NCBI RefSeq assembly: GCF_009834535.1 | Contig: NC_045697.1 | Span: forward strand, 103,294,001 to 103,358,000 | Direction: 5' to 3' | Origin: Camelus ferus | Lineage: Eukaryota | Length of the DNA: 64,000 nucleotides | Shown: positions 62,543-64,000 of the stretch, one piece after another | Position numbering within the stretch: position 1 is the stretch's first letter | Layout: each line of letters begins with the position of its first letter | Position numbers and translations under genes: made by a program | Notes under the pieces: generated by a model | Databases searched by the model: none | Seen by the model: the letters and a program-made list of their open reading frames with translations, nothing else | What the model was told of the DNA's origin: nothing

Positions 62543-64000
62543 CTCGAAAGAAGAGGTTATTTTTCTTTACAATAAAAACAGAATGGTGCTGAAAACAGTA
62601 TTGGAAACTCAGACAGATGGCAACAAGTTTCATCACCATCGTCTTAATCCAGCCACTTGTGTGAGTCACTATGTGCCTCTGCGCTTTGGTTTCTTCATCT
62701 GTAAAATGAAGGGTTAGGATAGATCAGCAGCTTATAAATTTATACACACCCTCTAAAGTCCCCTAGGGCCCCAGGGAAAGGTGTGGTCGTGTGGACCCAA
62801 AGCTACCTCCCACCCCAGCACACACTTGACCTGCAGCCTGGCTCTGATCCTTTCTATACGCTGGAGCTCTCCTTAAAGAAAAAGCATTCCATGAAATTTT
62901 TTTTCCCTCTTTAGTTTTAAAAACACTGTATTAGATGATCTAAGGGATGTTCACGGTGCTCTTCCTCCATGAATCCATTATTGGATAGCCAATCCTTTTC
63001 CAATCATTTTATTGGGAAGTGTCAGGTAGACAGGAAAGGATTTAAAATCCTATACTGATGTATCTGAAGGGCGAGAAACAAAAACAAGAAAGAGATCTTA
63101 TTCCAAGGGGGCCACCTGTGCTTATTCAGATGTGTGGAAATCTACCAGCTCGCCATATCAGAGGGTTCCCAAATCCCATGCAGGCAAATGAGAGTTCATT
63201 CCTGCATCTCTCTGCTTAGGGCTCTGGGAAAAGCAGGGTGTTTTAGCAGTGGACAGAGCTCAGAGCTCTGACTCAGAAACCTGGTTCCAGTCTGAATTTG
63301 GAGCTTACCAGGGATGTAACTCCTGATGTTTGTTTAACAAAAACTGGAGAGCCTACCAAGTACCAAGAGCACAGACTGGGTGTTAGGACCACAGAGATGA
63401 AACAGACAGATGTGAGGCCCTCTGCCCTCATGACTCAGATCCCTAGTCTATAAAGCAGGGTGATAACACGTGCTTCCTCTCCCACACCCCATGGTCCTGC
63501 AGAGATGGCAAAGCTTGTGTAAACAGCAGAGCACAGACAACACTAAACTAAGAAACTACAGATTCTCTTCTTTTTAAGTACATGACATATGTGCCACTTC
63601 AAGAATTTACCAAATGGATAAAGTGAGGCCACAATAGGTTCTGCCTAGTTATTAAAAAACAAAAAATTCTAGAACATCAAGCAGCATAGCAAAACCAAAA
63701 GGGCACAAGCCTTGTCACCAGACAATCCCACTCAAATCCCCCTCGGCTGCCTCCTAGACCCTCCTGCCATCGACAGGTGATTGTCTCATTTATAGACAGA
63801 ATACTGATACCTGCAATTTCACAGGGCTCTCGTCAAGGTAAATTAGAACCATGTAAGTAGAGCACATGGCACGGAGTTAGCACGCAGTGAATAGTTTCCC
63901 CGTTTCCCTCCCTCCCGGGCACCTAGAAATCTCAGCTGGGAGAACACTGTATTTAAAACAGCAGAGCTTACCTCAAATTTGTTGATGTTGCTACCCAGCT

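Larger units (their letters stand above)
1..64000 (-). other. ZNF827: Internal portion of ZNF827 gene (probable intron 1 to intron 5); 5' and 3' ends outside window
   Basis: Four minus-strand exons splice in frame into a protein I recognise as ZNF827 (VSRQEEAEGELSEGEHWYGNSSETPSEASYGEVQENYKLSLEDRIQ... KPFQCPICGLVIKRKSYWKRHMVIH...). No start exon or later exons were seen in the window. Exon numbering is from recalled human structure. Confidence 0.93.

Overview
Mammalian intron-rich genomic DNA. It is probably a camelid, judging from the tRNA-Ala-derived SINE family and the cetartiodactyl-type L1 3' ends; this is an inference. The whole window lies inside ZNF827, transcribed on the minus strand. 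Four internal coding exons can be defined to the base by canonical AG/GT splice sites and a continuous reading frame: 49595-48543 (1053 nt, with a 15-Pro tract), 39110-38938 (173 nt), 33275-32795 (481 nt) and 15757-15524 (234 nt). They most likely correspond to exons 2-5 and encode three C2H2 fingers plus repeated VKEE-type SUMO-consensus / 'DxSVKxASxxLMKLS' modules. Exon 1 and the 3' exons lie outside the window. The rest is intron filled with tRNA-Ala SINEs (most with target-site duplications, TSDs), L1 fragments, MaLR/ERVL LTRs, hAT MITEs, L2/MIR relics and microsatellites. I found no convincing new biological system. The most unusual items are a nested L1-in-L1 insertion with two TSD pairs (22116-23733), a SINE that seems to carry about 100 nt of transduced flank ending in AATAAA...TTTT-polyA (5016-5246), signs of ancient exon duplication in ZNF827, and a few candidate intronic regulatory elements. 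Gene and repeat-family names come from recall, not from a database search.
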